Source of the DNA: Minisyncoccia bacterium
Lineage (GTDB): Bacteria > Patescibacteriota > Minisyncoccia > Phycocordibacterales > PALSA-1337
DNA: 64,000 nucleotides
Direction: 5' to 3'
Assembly: GCA_038211765.1 (NCBI GenBank)
Contig: JBBQVG010000001.1
Coordinates: 1,837-65,836 of the forward strand
Shown here: piece by piece, positions 19,368-29,713 of the stretch
Layout of the letters: every line of letters begins with the position of its first letter
Numbering within the stretch: the first letter of the stretch is position 1
Notes under the pieces: generated by a model
What the model was told of the DNA's origin: nothing
The model's input: the letters and a program-made list of their open reading frames with translations, nothing else
The model's database searches: none
Translations under genes and position numbers: made by a program

Positions 19368-19814
19368 ATGCCCACATTAGTCGATTACAAAAAGGCCCAT
19401 TTTAACTATGAAATCCTCGAGAAATACGAGGCGGGGATTGTGCTACGAGGATTTGAAGTAAAGTCTCTCAAGAAGGGGCAAGGCTCCCTCGAAGGTGCAT
19501 ACGTCGTCATTCGTGGAGGTGAAGCCTTCGCGGTCAATGTATTTATTCCACCATACCAAGAAAAAAATACGCCAAAAGATTATGAGCCACGCGGCAATCG
19601 CAAACTGCTTCTGTCCAAGAAAGAGATAGCAGAGTTGGCGGCAAAAGAAATGGCGAAAGGATTGACAATAGTGCCGATTTCGATATATAATAAAGGCCCT
19701 CTAGTGAAGGTTTCTGTAGCTGTAGTCCGTGGAAAGAAGCAGTACGATAAACGCGAGACTACAAAGAAACGAGAAACCGACAGGGCTGTGAGGAGGGAGT
19801 TCAAAGATCGTTGA
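19368..19814 (+). CDS. smpB: SsrA-binding protein SmpB
   Basis: 'AHFNYEILEKYEAGIVLRGFEVKSLKKGQGSLEGAYVVIRGGEAFAVNVFIPPY' is the SmpB signature. Confidence 0.9.
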   Translation: MPTLVDYKKAHFNYEILEKYEAGIVLRGFEVKSLKKGQGSLEGAYVVIRGGEAFAVNVFIPPYQEKNTPKDYEPRGNRKLLLSKKEIAELAAKEMAKGLTIVPISIYNKGPLVKVSVAVVRGKKQYDKRETTKKRETDRAVRREFKDR

Positions 19815-19976
19815 CAATGTAAGTCTGTGACCAAACAGAGTCTCCGTCTCGAATTTTTCAGCTCTGCTGAAAAATCCCTCGACGTGAATTTTGTTAAGGC
19901 CAAAATTTTGGTCTCGAATTTTCCCACCTAGCGGCAGGAAAATCTCTCGATCCAAATTTTGTTAAGGCCAAAATTT

Positions 19977-20341
19977 GGGGATGATCGGCTTCGACAAGCG
20001 ATCGTTTTCGTCCGTGCGATGCGAGCACCATTAACTCGTAAATCTGATGGAAATCACAAATGCTAAATCAACCGTTTCTCCGTATTTCGGAGCCAAGGAC
20101 TTTGCATTCGCACTAGTTTAACTAGAGCGCGTTCACCCAAGGGGATCCATACCTTGATGTGGATGTCATTACCCGGATGTAGGTATTACGAGACTTCTCA
20201 GCTCGTAGCCGAAACACCGAGATCGCGATTATGTGTTTTGCAATATTTTTCAGCATAATCGTTAAACTACAAATTTTGCTACCATCGTAGAATCGTTCGA
20301 CAAACATCGTTTGAACCTGGGTTCGATTCCCAGCATCTCCA
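19977..20341 (+). ncRNA. ssrA: tmRNA (ssrA), one-piece, immediately downstream of smpB
   Basis: 5' 'GGGGATGATCGGCTTCGACAAGCG' pairs with 3' 'CATCTCC'+A. T-arm 'CTGGG TTCGATT CCCAG' abuts the acceptor. Candidate tag frame from resume GCT at 20062 (AKSTVSPYFGAKDFAFALV*) ends at TAA 20119-20121. CCA not encoded. Confidence 0.65.
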
Positions 20342-20428
20342 CAAATTTGACAGATATGAGTAAACATGCTATCATTTTAGGTAGCAGTTTTACAGCAATC
20401 CAACAACCAAAACGTCCGAAACAGCACA

Positions 20429-20926
20429 TTGATTATGAAAAAAACATTCCGTCAGTTTGAACATGGAACAGCGGCATACGTTATCGCGCACGCTAAATGG
20501 ATGACCAGTCGCGGGCGTAATCCCTCAATGCAGTTTCTCACAGAAAAAAATCCCTGCAAAGCACTGGCTTCTGCGAAGGTCATCTGCAACTCCGTTGAGC
20601 AGTATCAATACGTCGGTGGCATTGTCGCCAGTCAGGGCGAACAAATCCTCAAGCAGGGTCGCCCTTACAACGACTTCGACGAGAACGAGGTCACTGCCGT
20701 GGCTCGTCACATTGTGACGACGTCCGAAAGTGAAGAACAGCTCAAAGAGCGTCTCGAGACCAGTCTTGGTTGCAGCATGGTGATGGTGTCGGTCCTGCGT
20801 GCCTTAACCCAACTCGGGCGGGAAGCGAAGGAACTGTGCTTGGCCATGGGTGGCCTTACCATGAAGGACGGTTCACTGGTGCAGGTCATGTTCTTCAGTC
20901 CACGCGGCGAGATCATTTCGCTGTAA
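20429..20926 (+). CDS. hypothetical protein (first gene of post-tmRNA island)
   Basis: 165-aa ORF followed by a strong terminator. No recognisable domain. Confidence 0.4.
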   Translation: MIMKKTFRQFEHGTAAYVIAHAKWMTSRGRNPSMQFLTEKNPCKALASAKVICNSVEQYQYVGGIVASQGEQILKQGRPYNDFDENEVTAVARHIVTTSESEEQLKERLETSLGCSMVMVSVLRALTQLGREAKELCLAMGGLTMKDGSLVQVMFFSPRGEIISL

Positions 20927-20935
20927 GCATTTGGT

Positions 20936-20982
20936 CCCCGTAAGAGAAAGTCCTCGTGGCAATCTCTTACGGGGACTTTTTT
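20936..20982 (+). terminator. rho-independent terminator
   Basis: 'ccccgtaagagaaagtcctcgtggcaatctcttacgggg' + 'acttttttat'. Confidence 0.6.
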
Positions 20983-21067
20983 ATATATCAGATTCTATTC
21001 CCACCTTGTGAACCTCCTACGTCAAATACCCTCTAAACAGTGCAGCTTTGGAGCTCCCGAAGCCCCA

Positions 21068-21118
21068 CAATCGCTTCAGACATCTCAAAAACCCAAGGAT
21101 ATAGTTGGTTCCAACTTT
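21068..21118 (+). repeat. 51-bp perfect direct repeat, copy 1
   Basis: 'caatcgcttcagacatctcaaaaacccaaggatatagttggttccaacttt', identical to 21735-21785. Confidence 0.7.
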
Positions 21119-21262
21119 GTTGCAATTAGGATGACAATTCACTTCCATAAAGTTGACGAATATATCATTATATGTTATGATAACTATGCATGAACACTGG
21201 TTCTGTTGAGCTAAACATCGGGCTCATTAAACATTCGATAAAAGAACATTGAAAGGAAAGTT

Positions 21263-21652
21263 GTGCGAAAACAATACAGAGTCAAGATTCCTCTTGGAAA
21301 CAGTGGCGAATTGTCCATAATTGGAAACATTGCCGGTCCTGAGCTAACGAAGGTTACATTCTGGGCAAAGAAAATTTGGCTCGATGTGCGAGTTTTGGAC
21401 CCGGGGGATATCGAGATCAGAATAAGGCAAGTTATCGGGGGTGATTGCATTCTGACGTGGAATGATGGGAAATATCCAGAAGCCACGATCATTTTTGTGT
21501 TGACCGTCAAAACAAACACGCTCGAGAGGCCTGTCATCAATGAAAGGCGTTTACTTGAAGCAGCCCGCAGGAAGTTAAATAGTGTGCTTCAGGAAGTGCA
21601 AATCGACAATGCTGAATACGATCGGGGTTCCAAAGAAGCGCGTGGTTACTAG
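21263..21652 (+). CDS. hypothetical protein bracketed by the 51-bp direct repeats
   Basis: 129-aa ORF (starts with alternative codon in track). No known domain. Confidence 0.35.
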   Translation: MRKQYRVKIPLGNSGELSIIGNIAGPELTKVTFWAKKIWLDVRVLDPGDIEIRIRQVIGGDCILTWNDGKYPEATIIFVLTVKTNTLERPVINERRLLEAARRKLNSVLQEVQIDNAEYDRGSKEARGY

Positions 21653-21734
21653 GGCAGATTAATTTACCGCAGTAGACCTTCATGAGACTGACCTTTATAG
21701 GCTTTCTCACGAAGGTCTTTCTCTTATATATTTA

Positions 21735-21785
21735 CAATCGCTTCAGACATCTCAAAAACCCAAGGATATAGTTGGTTCCAACTTT
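21735..21785 (+). repeat. 51-bp perfect direct repeat, copy 2
   Basis: Identical to 21068-21118. Confidence 0.7.
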
Positions 21786-22000
21786 TACTCACTATGTCCA
21801 CTCGACTCGTCGTGAATTTCTCACTTCGTTCGAAATTCACTCCTCGCTCGTGGCAAGCCACATATGACGAGTTGAGTGTCTCGAGCGAAGTCGAGAGACG
21901 TATGTAATATACTTTGCTAGCTCGTGGTAAACCACCTAGTTATACGATTGGGTAATTTTTGGTTGAGAGTCGAAGGACATAGTTATGATATGCTCCGACT

Positions 22001-22264
22001 ATGATATTTGTTTACATGATAAAAGATAATTCAAATAGGATTTATATTGGTGTTTCCAAAAATCCACAAGAGCGACTAGTTATACACAATAGAGGAGCCG
22101 GAGCAAATTTTACTTTATCTGGTAATTTTCGATTGGTCTTTATTGAAGAGCATGAAACTCTTTCTGAAGCTCGAAAGAGAGAAGTACAAATCAAGAAATG
22201 GAGTAGAGTGAAGAAAGAATTTTTAATTGGTAGATATAATAAGGGTTTGGCAACAAAGAATTAA
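22001..22264 (+). CDS. GIY-YIG nuclease domain protein (small, stand-alone)
   Basis: 'MIFVYMIKDNSNRIYIGVSKNPQERLVIHN' gives the GIY...YIG motifs plus conserved R/E, as in UPF0213-type proteins. Confidence 0.7.
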   Translation: MIFVYMIKDNSNRIYIGVSKNPQERLVIHNRGAGANFTLSGNFRLVFIEEHETLSEARKREVQIKKWSRVKKEFLIGRYNKGLATKN

Positions 22265-22374
22265 TTATATGAGAACCCAATCACAATAAGCCAGATGGAT
22301 GTTTGGTTTCATTGTCGCTCACCAAACCTCACCAACATGTGCCATAATACTCACATATCATTCACATTACACCT

Positions 22375-23292
22375 ATGGAACCTACAACAGTACCACCAGT
22401 CGTTGGATCGATGTCTTCAGTGCCGGCACCAGTAAAGATGGGCAAGTTTGCTGCAAGTTTGGCTATCATCAAGCAGTCGTGGAATATATTGGTGCAGGAC
22501 AAGGAGTTGGCTTTGTTTCCTGTGGCCTCATTTGTCACTAGTCTGGTTGCGCTCATACTCATGTGCGTGGTTTATTTTTTTGCGGCGTTGGGTGGAAATA
22601 TTCATTCGGTTGATTCGCCTGCAGCTGCTGCGGGTGGTTTCGTTTCGTATGCGATCTTATTTATCTACTATGCAGTGACGTTTTTTATTGTAAATTTTTT
22701 CTTGGCGGGCATGTACATCATCATTCATGCGCGGTTCAACGGACAAAACCTTTCATTTACTGACGGTGTGAAAGGTGCACTCAACTGCGTTACCAAGATT
22801 TTACTATGGTCGTGTATATCGGCAACAGTTGGGGTAGTACTCAATATTATCGCAAGCAAAGGGAAAATCGTCGGACAGATAGTATCGGCACTACTCGGTG
22901 CCGCATGGAATATTTTGACGTACTTTAGTCTGCCGGCACTTGTCATCGGTCAGACGTCAGTCAGAGATTCATTCAAGGAGTCGGCTGGGATCATACGCAA
23001 GACCTGGGGAGAGTCAATCATTGTAAATTTTGGCGTAGGTTTGGTTTTTGGTTTGATATTCATGCTTGCTTTTGTTGCGGCTATTGTCACAGTTATTCTA
23101 GTGCCTACACTATCGGTCGCGATCCTGGTAGCGATCTTGTTCATCATATTCTTGGTGGTGATGAGTATTCTCTCTTCGACTCTGGGTTCTATCTTCAAAC
23201 TGGCATTGTATGAATATGGTCGCACGGGCATAGTTCCTCAAGGATTTACTCCTGCATTGGTACAGAATGCCATAAAAAATACTCAGAAGTAG
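22375..23292 (+). CDS. hypothetical polytopic membrane protein
   Basis: ~6 hydrophobic helices. Likely true start near 22411/22438 (MSSVPAPVKMGKFAASLAIIKQSW). Confidence 0.5.
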   Translation: MEPTTVPPVVGSMSSVPAPVKMGKFAASLAIIKQSWNILVQDKELALFPVASFVTSLVALILMCVVYFFAALGGNIHSVDSPAAAAGGFVSYAILFIYYAVTFFIVNFFLAGMYIIIHARFNGQNLSFTDGVKGALNCVTKILLWSCISATVGVVLNIIASKGKIVGQIVSALLGAAWNILTYFSLPALVIGQTSVRDSFKESAGIIRKTWGESIIVNFGVGLVFGLIFMLAFVAAIVTVILVPTLSVAILVAILFIIFLVVMSILSSTLGSIFKLALYEYGRTGIVPQGFTPALVQNAIKNTQK

Positions 23293-23417
23293 TTTTAGAT
23301 GTTCACGTGATCCTCTCTTGTCAGAATAAAAACGTGGCAAAAGAATCGTGCCCAAACTTGATTTCACTTTTATAAAAACAAGCCAAGATCAGTAGTTACG
23401 ACATATAGGGAACGGGA

Positions 23418-24167
23418 TTGATGATGACCACTAAGAGTGGTAGTTTATTCCTTGGACCTAAGTGGAGTGTGTGCTCTATGCTTGGTTCAAAGCCTGGTTC
23501 AAAAACGCAAACTAGTTTAACGCATGAAAAGAAAGTTGCTCATAGTCACCGGAAGAAGAAACCGCGTTGCCATAATTATTCGCAATGTAACGCGCGTAAC
23601 ATTCAATCACTGCTCGCGGCGGTCGTACCAACAGCGGCACGCTCGAGACACTCGCTGGAGTCACGTCTCCAGGCTCAAGGCCTGGGCTCGTTGGCTCGAG
23701 GCACAGCAGCAATCGGCAGTCTGAAAAAACAAGGAGAAGTCCGTATGTGGCAAACTCTTTTGAAAATTTCTCAGACACCCACCTATATCGTGTTTTCGGT
23801 GACAAGTACGTTGGTGTGGATATTGGTTGTTGTTGCAAAGAGACATTCGCGCCGCTGTATCTGCGGATCGTGGCGAGTCGGACGTATCCATCAGATGATC
23901 CTTGTTGAGGATCGTCGCAATGATGGATTTCATTTCCACTGTTTCACCTTTACACCGTGTAGAAAGTGCACGGAGGTCGGCTGTGGTAGTCATGACAAGT
24001 ACTGCAATGTCATGGAACTGTGGTGGAGGAGCACGTTCCACCCAGGACAATTTGTCCTCCGTCCAGATCTCTTTCGCCGAGCAGGTATCGGCCTTCCAGG
24101 CTCTCCGTTCATCGCAACTTGTACCAAGATTGTTCACCGACCCTCAGTGACCGAGACAGCTTCATAG
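23418..24167 (+). CDS. questionable ORF in GC-rich patch (Cys/Arg/His-rich translation); may be non-coding
   Basis: ORFs are open on both strands. The plus-strand terminator at 24192-24219 supports plus transcription. Composition is atypical for protein. Confidence 0.2.
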   Translation: MMMTTKSGSLFLGPKWSVCSMLGSKPGSKTQTSLTHEKKVAHSHRKKKPRCHNYSQCNARNIQSLLAAVVPTAARSRHSLESRLQAQGLGSLARGTAAIGSLKKQGEVRMWQTLLKISQTPTYIVFSVTSTLVWILVVVAKRHSRRCICGSWRVGRIHQMILVEDRRNDGFHFHCFTFTPCRKCTEVGCGSHDKYCNVMELWWRSTFHPGQFVLRPDLFRRAGIGLPGSPFIATCTKIVHRPSVTETAS

Positions 24168-24191
24168 GGTAAAGATCATGATGCCACTTCA

Positions 24192-24219
24192 CGCCACCAC
24201 TTCAACTGTGGTGGCTTTT
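24192..24219 (+). terminator. rho-independent terminator
   Basis: 'gccaccacttcaactgtggtggc' + 'ttttc'. Confidence 0.55.
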
Positions 24220-24330
24220 CATTCCAAGTATTCGTCATTCTCCATACATTTTCTTTGCTTTATTCTGTTTTTCTGTATAATCAGTCTACGACCTATATCA
24301 TAGTAATTACATTTGAAATTAACCTCTTAC

Positions 24331-26280
24331 ATGTCTACATCCACCCAAAAACCTCAACAGAAAAAGAACCCAAAGATCCCTCGTGGGCTTTTGCCGCGTC
24401 AGATGAGCTTTGTGAATATCATAGCTATCGCCATACTGATCTTCCTTTTGATAACGGGTGTTTACTCCCAATTCTCATCGCAAGAACTTCCAGCCGCCCA
24501 AGCATCACTTTCCGAGATTGCAGCGGATGTCCAAAAGGGAGTAGTGACTACCATCAAGCTCGAGGATAACAACGTCATTGCCCAATATGCCGACATGTCC
24601 CTCAAGAAGGCTCAAAAGGAGCCCGACTCTTCCCTGACCGAAAGTCTCACCAATCTCGGTGTTACATCTGCTCAGTTGGCTAGCACTACCATCATTGTGC
24701 AACAGCCAAGTGGATTTTGGTTTTGGTTCGGACAGATTGCGCCATTCCTTGCACCTATCCTCTTTCTCGTTTTCTTCATTTGGATATTCTCTCGTCAGGT
24801 AAAAGGTGCCGGTATGCAGGCGCTTTCGTTTGGTCAGTCCAAAGCGCGCATCACCATGCCAGATGATCAGAAACAAAAAGTAACATTCAAAGACGTTGCT
24901 GGTGCTAAGGAAGCAAAGCAGGAACTTCTGGAGATCGTCGACTTTCTCAAAAATCCAAAAAAGTTTATCGAGATCGGAGCGGAGATTCCAAAAGGCGTTC
25001 TTCTGATGGGTGCACCAGGAACGGGAAAAACCCTCCTTGCTCGTGCGGTTGCAGGAGAAGCCAATGTAGCCTTTTTTGCTATTTCTGGATCCGAATTTGT
25101 AGAGATGTTCGTCGGTGTGGGTGCTAGTCGCGTGCGTGATCTCTTCAAGATGGCCAAGGGCACTGCGCCAGCCATAGTCTTCGTAGATGAGATCGACGCC
25201 GTCGGCCGTGCACGTGGTTCGGGTATGGGTGGAGGCAATGACGAAAGGGAACAGACTCTAAACCAAATCTTGGTAGAGATGGATGGCTTTGAACCAAATG
25301 AAAAGGTTATTGTTATGGCGGCCACCAACCGTCCTGATGTTCTTGACCCGGCACTTTTGCGCCCTGGTCGTTTTGACCGACGTGTAGTTATCGATCTTCC
25401 AGACCGCGAAGATCGTGAAGCTATACTCGGTATCCACGCCGCAAAGAAACAACTGGCCGAAGATGCAAACCTCAAGGTTGTAGCCGAACGTACTCCCGGC
25501 TTCTCTGGTGCAGACCTCGCATCCATCATGAACGAAGCAGCCATCCTTGCTGCACGTGAAGATCGTACCAAGATCGCCCAGTTTGACCTTATCCGTTCGA
25601 TAGAAAAAGTGATGCTTGGTCCAGAACGTCGTAGCCACATACTCTCCACAAAAGAAAAAGAGATCACGGCATATCATGAGGCTGGTCATGCTATCGTCTC
25701 CTCAGTTTTGCCAAATGCCGATCCTGTCCACAAGATCTCTATCATTTCTCGTGGCCGCGCCGCGGGATACACACTGAAGTTGCCACTCGAAGATCGCAAG
25801 CTCCAGTCTCGCAAAGATTTTCTCGATGATATCGCCGTTTCTCTGGGAGGATATGCCGCTGAGCGCATGATCTACGGTGACTTCACCACAGGAGCTTCCA
25901 ATGATCTCCAGGTCTCGACGGCTCTAGCGCGTAGTATGGTCACTCAATACGGCATGTCAGAGAAGATCGGTCCAGTAGCCTTCGAATCCTCAGGTGGCCG
26001 CACGCTCTTTGGTATGGGTGTAGAAGGCAAAGACTATTCCGAAAAAGTGGCCGCCGAGATCGACGGAGAAGTAACCCGGATCATGACCGAGGCTCGTGGC
26101 CACGCCGAGAAGGTGCTAACCGAGCACCGAAAAACATTTGAGATCATCACAAAAAGACTGATCGAAAAGGAAACCATCGAACGCGAAGAATACGAAAGTA
26201 TCTTGGTTGCCCAAGGGATCAAACTCAAAAAGAAAGAAGAGGAATTTGTCTCTCCGCGTGCAGACACACTGAGTGCATAG
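24331..26280 (+). CDS. ftsH: ATP-dependent zinc metalloprotease FtsH
   Basis: '[23 protein letters not shown]', SRH region, zinc site 'HEAGHAIVS'. ATG 24331 preferred over the TTG track start. Confidence 0.95.
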   Translation: MSTSTQKPQQKKNPKIPRGLLPRQMSFVNIIAIAILIFLLITGVYSQFSSQELPAAQASLSEIAADVQKGVVTTIKLEDNNVIAQYADMSLKKAQKEPDSSLTESLTNLGVTSAQLASTTIIVQQPSGFWFWFGQIAPFLAPILFLVFFIWIFSRQVKGAGMQALSFGQSKARITMPDDQKQKVTFKDVAGAKEAKQELLEIVDFLKNPKKFIEIGAEIPKGVLLMGAPGTGKTLLARAVAGEANVAFFAISGSEFVEMFVGVGASRVRDLFKMAKGTAPAIVFVDEIDAVGRARGSGMGGGNDEREQTLNQILVEMDGFEPNEKVIVMAATNRPDVLDPALLRPGRFDRRVVIDLPDREDREAILGIHAAKKQLAEDANLKVVAERTPGFSGADLASIMNEAAILAAREDRTKIAQFDLIRSIEKVMLGPERRSHILSTKEKEITAYHEAGHAIVSSVLPNADPVHKISIISRGRAAGYTLKLPLEDRKLQSRKDFLDDIAVSLGGYAAERMIYGDFTTGASNDLQVSTALARSMVTQYGMSEKIGPVAFESSGGRTLFGMGVEGKDYSEKVAAEIDGEVTRIMTEARGHAEKVLTEHRKTFEIITKRLIEKETIEREEYESILVAQGIKLKKKEEEFVSPRADTLSA

Positions 26281-26382
26281 TGCTCATGGCTAAACTCCTC
26301 GATTGATCTCCTTTTGGTCTCGTGGTAAGGTCGACATGAATCTGGGATGCGTCATCCCAACGCAGATTGAAAGAAGACAAGT

Positions 26383-27108
26383 ATGAGCAATCAAATACTG
26401 AAGTATCACCGTGTGCTTTTGAAGTTGAGTGGGGAAATGCTCGAAGATGAGCAATTAAATTTTTCTCCCCACGTGGCGAAAGTGTTGGCAAACGAAGTCA
26501 AGCAGATTTATGTAATGGGGGCACACATCGCCATTGTCGTTGGTGGGGGCAACATCTTTCGAGGTGTATCTGGGAGTAAGCAGGGTCTCGACCCCGTTAC
26601 TGCCGATTACATGGGTATGCATGGGACCATTATCAACGCACTTGGTCTCATGGACATTTTCGAAAAGTCAGGGATGCCGACGAGAGTTCAGAGCGCATTC
26701 GAAAGTGATCGTGTCTGTGAGCCTGTCATTCGCCGCAGGGCGCTTCGTCATCTGGAAAAAGATCGCGTGGTCATCTATGCAGCCGGTACTGGTAATCCAG
26801 GTTTCACAACGGATACTGCTGCCGCGCTTCGGGCATTTGAGATCGGTGCCGAGGTTCTTCTCAAGGGCACCAAGGTTGACGGGGTTTACGACTGCGATCC
26901 GGTCCATAATCCGGCAGCAAAACGCTTCGAAAGCATAAGTTGTAACGAGGTGATCGAGCGCAAACTCCAGGTGATGGACTCTACGGCGTTCACATTCTGT
27001 CGCGACAAGAAGATACCCATCATCGTTTTCAATCTCTTTACGCCGGGCAATCTCAAGGCGATCTTGGAGGGGAAATCAGTGGGTACTCTGGTTACTGTCG
27101 AACCTTGA
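26383..27108 (+). CDS. pyrH: UMP kinase
   Basis: 'YHRVLLKLSGEML', 'IAIVVGGGNIFRG', 'AAGTGNPGFTTDTAAALRA'. Confidence 0.9.
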   Translation: MSNQILKYHRVLLKLSGEMLEDEQLNFSPHVAKVLANEVKQIYVMGAHIAIVVGGGNIFRGVSGSKQGLDPVTADYMGMHGTIINALGLMDIFEKSGMPTRVQSAFESDRVCEPVIRRRALRHLEKDRVVIYAAGTGNPGFTTDTAAALRAFEIGAEVLLKGTKVDGVYDCDPVHNPAAKRFESISCNEVIERKLQVMDSTAFTFCRDKKIPIIVFNLFTPGNLKAILEGKSVGTLVTVEP

Positions 27109-27192
27109 GTCGTTGTACGAAGCTATCGATCGGGCTCCGCAAGTGCGGGGCCTTTTTATTTCACTCACTTTATCCTATGATGAGTGCACCAA

Positions 27193-27266
27193 CCGCCCTT
27201 AGCTCAGTTGGTTAGAGCACAGAGCTTATACCTCTGGGGTCCTTGGTTCGAATCCAAGAGGGCGGA
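27193..27266 (+). tRNA. tRNA-Ile with anticodon UAU (AUA decoder)
   Basis: Manual cloverleaf: acceptor CCGCCCT/AGGGCGG, D-arm GCTC-AGTTGGTTA-GAGC, anticodon stem CAGAG/CTCTG, loop CTTATAC, T-arm CTTGG-TTCGAAT-CCAAG, discriminator A. No CCA encoded. Confidence 0.7.
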
Positions 27267-27321
27267 CATTGACGAGGAGAGCGGTGATAATGTAGCCCCA
27301 CATGCTCACAGTATATGCCCA

Positions 27322-29625
27322 TTACTCAAAATGCGCCTCTTTTTTGTGTATCTCCACTCGGCGTTTTAGTACGGGGTACTTCGACAGTTTCTCATCCTCT
27401 TCGATCAGTCTGGCCGCCTCGGTTCGTGCCGCCTCCACCATCTTTAGATTCTTCAAAGCTTCCATGGCCACGTCGGAGACTCCCCACTGACGTGCGCCGG
27501 TCAACTCTCCGGCTCCTCGTGCGGCCAAGTCTAGCTCTGCCAGTTCGAAGCCGTTTTTGGCCGATTGCAATGCTTTGAGGCGGTCGATAGATTTTGCTGA
27601 AGAAGTTTCAGTAAATGCGTAGCAATAAGCTTGATGTGAACTACGCTGAACACGACCGCGTAGTTGATGGAGTTGCGCCAAGCCAAACCGTTCTGCCCCT
27701 TCTATGATTATGACTGTAGCATTCGGAACATTGACGCCCACTTCAACAACAGAAGTAGCGCAAAGGATATTGGTACGACCAGATTTGAAATCATTCATAA
27801 CTTGATCTTTTTCTGCGGGCTTCATTTTTCCATGGAGAACGCCGATCTCGTAGTGAGGAAATATTTTTTCCTTGAGCCTCTTTGCTTCTTCTTTGACAGA
27901 CTTTGCGATGAGTGCCGCTTCTTTGTCTGGATCAGGTTCGTCGATGCGCGGACAGATCACGTAGAGTTGCCGACCTGCGGCCAGCTCTATATGAATCTTT
28001 TGGTACATGGCATCACGACTGCTTGGTGTGACGAGCTCGGTGATGATCGGCTTTCTACCAGCGGGGGATTCGTCGAGGACGGTGAGGTCGAGGTCACCAT
28101 AGAGAGTTAGTGCAAGTGTGCGAGGTATGGGAGTCGCCGTCATGGAAAGCAAATGCGGTGCAGGCGGTCGAGGAGCCGTCTTTCCTGGAGATGACGCCTG
28201 CTGATTTTTCTTTACCAACATACCGCGTTGGTTCATCCCAAAACGATGTTGTTCGTCGATGATGACATATGCCAGTCGTTTGAACTGCACGGACTTTTGA
28301 ATAAGCGCGTGAGTGCCGATGACTACGGCGATCTCTCCGTTTTCGACCCATTTCAAAAGTTGTGATTTGGAAATATCCGTCCAGCCTTTGGGATTTATTT
28401 TTGAAGGAAACTTTCGGCAACCCGAGGACGTGATAAGTGCGATCTGGATGCCGAGGTATGCAAAATATTGGATGAAAGACTCGAAATGTTGGATGGCCAG
28501 GATCTCCGTCGGGCACATATAGGCGATCTGCAGTTTTTCGAATACCGCCCGAACAGGTTTTGCTGTTTTCGGATCAATGGGAGGCTTGGCAGTCAGTACG
28601 GCGTAGGTAGTGGCTGCAGCGACTGCAGTCTTGCCTGATCCGACATCGCCTTCGAGAAGGCGCGACATGGCCTGACCTTTTTTCATATCGGAAACGATAG
28701 TGTCGATGGCGCGGTTCTGCGCATTGGTAGCCTGAAATGGAAAACGCTTCACAAACTCTTTTAGATGAATGTCGTCAGTCTCTAAGGTAAAAGTGGGGAA
28801 GGTCTGATATTCTCTGCGAGCCTGCTGTTTTCCTAGTTGGATAGTAAAGACTTCTTCAAATGAAAATCGCTTGCGTGCAGATAGGGCGTCTTCGCGCTTG
28901 AGTGGCGTATGGATCCAGATGAGAGATGTTTTTATTCCTGGTAAATTGTATTTGGCCAGGATATCTTCGGGGATAGGCTCAGCAACCGTATCGAGTAGGC
29001 CACTTTTGAAAATCTTTTGAATGGTGTGATACATCCACAGCGTTGTGATGCCACGCGACTCCGGATACACCGGGTAGAGAGTATGCGCTTCGCCTTCATT
29101 TCCAAAAAGAGAATCTCCTACTCCTGTGGGGAGTTGATCCACTGCTTCGATCTTTGGGTTAGAAAAATAGAGATCAGAAGGGCGGGGGATTTCTTCGGTG
29201 ACTTGCAAAATCTCGGTGGTGATAATAGTGGGTACGGTTGTCGGTAGAACCTTTTTTCGTCTCTGACTTATCTTACCTTCGATGCGCACCAGCATGCCAT
29301 CGGTAAACATTTTTGCTACATAAGGCTGGTTGAACCAGACACAGTGTATCCGGCCAGTCTCGTCCTCTACATAGCCGTCGGCCATAGCGATACGGCTCTT
29401 GAAACCCTTGCTCGTTTTCAGTCCAGAGATTTTGCCAAATATAACCACAATGTCACCCTGTTTCAATGAGTCAATATTTCGTGCTTCTGCGGTGTCGCCA
29501 TAGCGCACTGGGAAGTGGTAGAGCAGATCTTCGACAGTAGTGACCCCAAGCTTTTTCAAGGCCAGCTTTTGGATGGGAGTAATGCGGGCAAATTCGGGAA
29601 TGGGTGTAGAGAGACTGACTGGCAT
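27322..29625 (-). CDS. recG: ATP-dependent DNA helicase RecG
   Basis: N-terminal wedge/OB region, helicase motifs 'GDVGSGKT' and 'DEQHRFG', 767 aa. Confidence 0.9.
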   Translation of the reverse strand: MPVSLSTPIPEFARITPIQKLALKKLGVTTVEDLLYHFPVRYGDTAEARNIDSLKQGDIVVIFGKISGLKTSKGFKSRIAMADGYVEDETGRIHCVWFNQPYVAKMFTDGMLVRIEGKISQRRKKVLPTTVPTIITTEILQVTEEIPRPSDLYFSNPKIEAVDQLPTGVGDSLFGNEGEAHTLYPVYPESRGITTLWMYHTIQKIFKSGLLDTVAEPIPEDILAKYNLPGIKTSLIWIHTPLKREDALSARKRFSFEEVFTIQLGKQQARREYQTFPTFTLETDDIHLKEFVKRFPFQATNAQNRAIDTIVSDMKKGQAMSRLLEGDVGSGKTAVAAATTYAVLTAKPPIDPKTAKPVRAVFEKLQIAYMCPTEILAIQHFESFIQYFAYLGIQIALITSSGCRKFPSKINPKGWTDISKSQLLKWVENGEIAVVIGTHALIQKSVQFKRLAYVIIDEQHRFGMNQRGMLVKKNQQASSPGKTAPRPPAPHLLSMTATPIPRTLALTLYGDLDLTVLDESPAGRKPIITELVTPSSRDAMYQKIHIELAAGRQLYVICPRIDEPDPDKEAALIAKSVKEEAKRLKEKIFPHYEIGVLHGKMKPAEKDQVMNDFKSGRTNILCATSVVEVGVNVPNATVIIIEGAERFGLAQLHQLRGRVQRSSHQAYCYAFTETSSAKSIDRLKALQSAKNGFELAELDLAARGAGELTGARQWGVSDVAMEALKNLKMVEAARTEAARLIEEDEKLSKYPVLKRRVEIHKKEAHFE

Positions 29626-29713
29626 AGGGTTATTGTACGGGAATAATGCCGCAGTGCTTATATTGACTTATTATCGAATTGTTGCATACTGTGTATCAGA
29701 AGGAATACCATAA

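Noticed and set aside
19580-19955. Minus-strand ORFs 19580-19927 and 19701-19955
   Set aside because: Overlap smpB 3' end and the tmRNA upstream repeats. No coding signal.
24867-25689. 266-aa and 143-aa minus-strand ORFs
   Set aside because: Embedded antisense within the well-supported ftsH gene.
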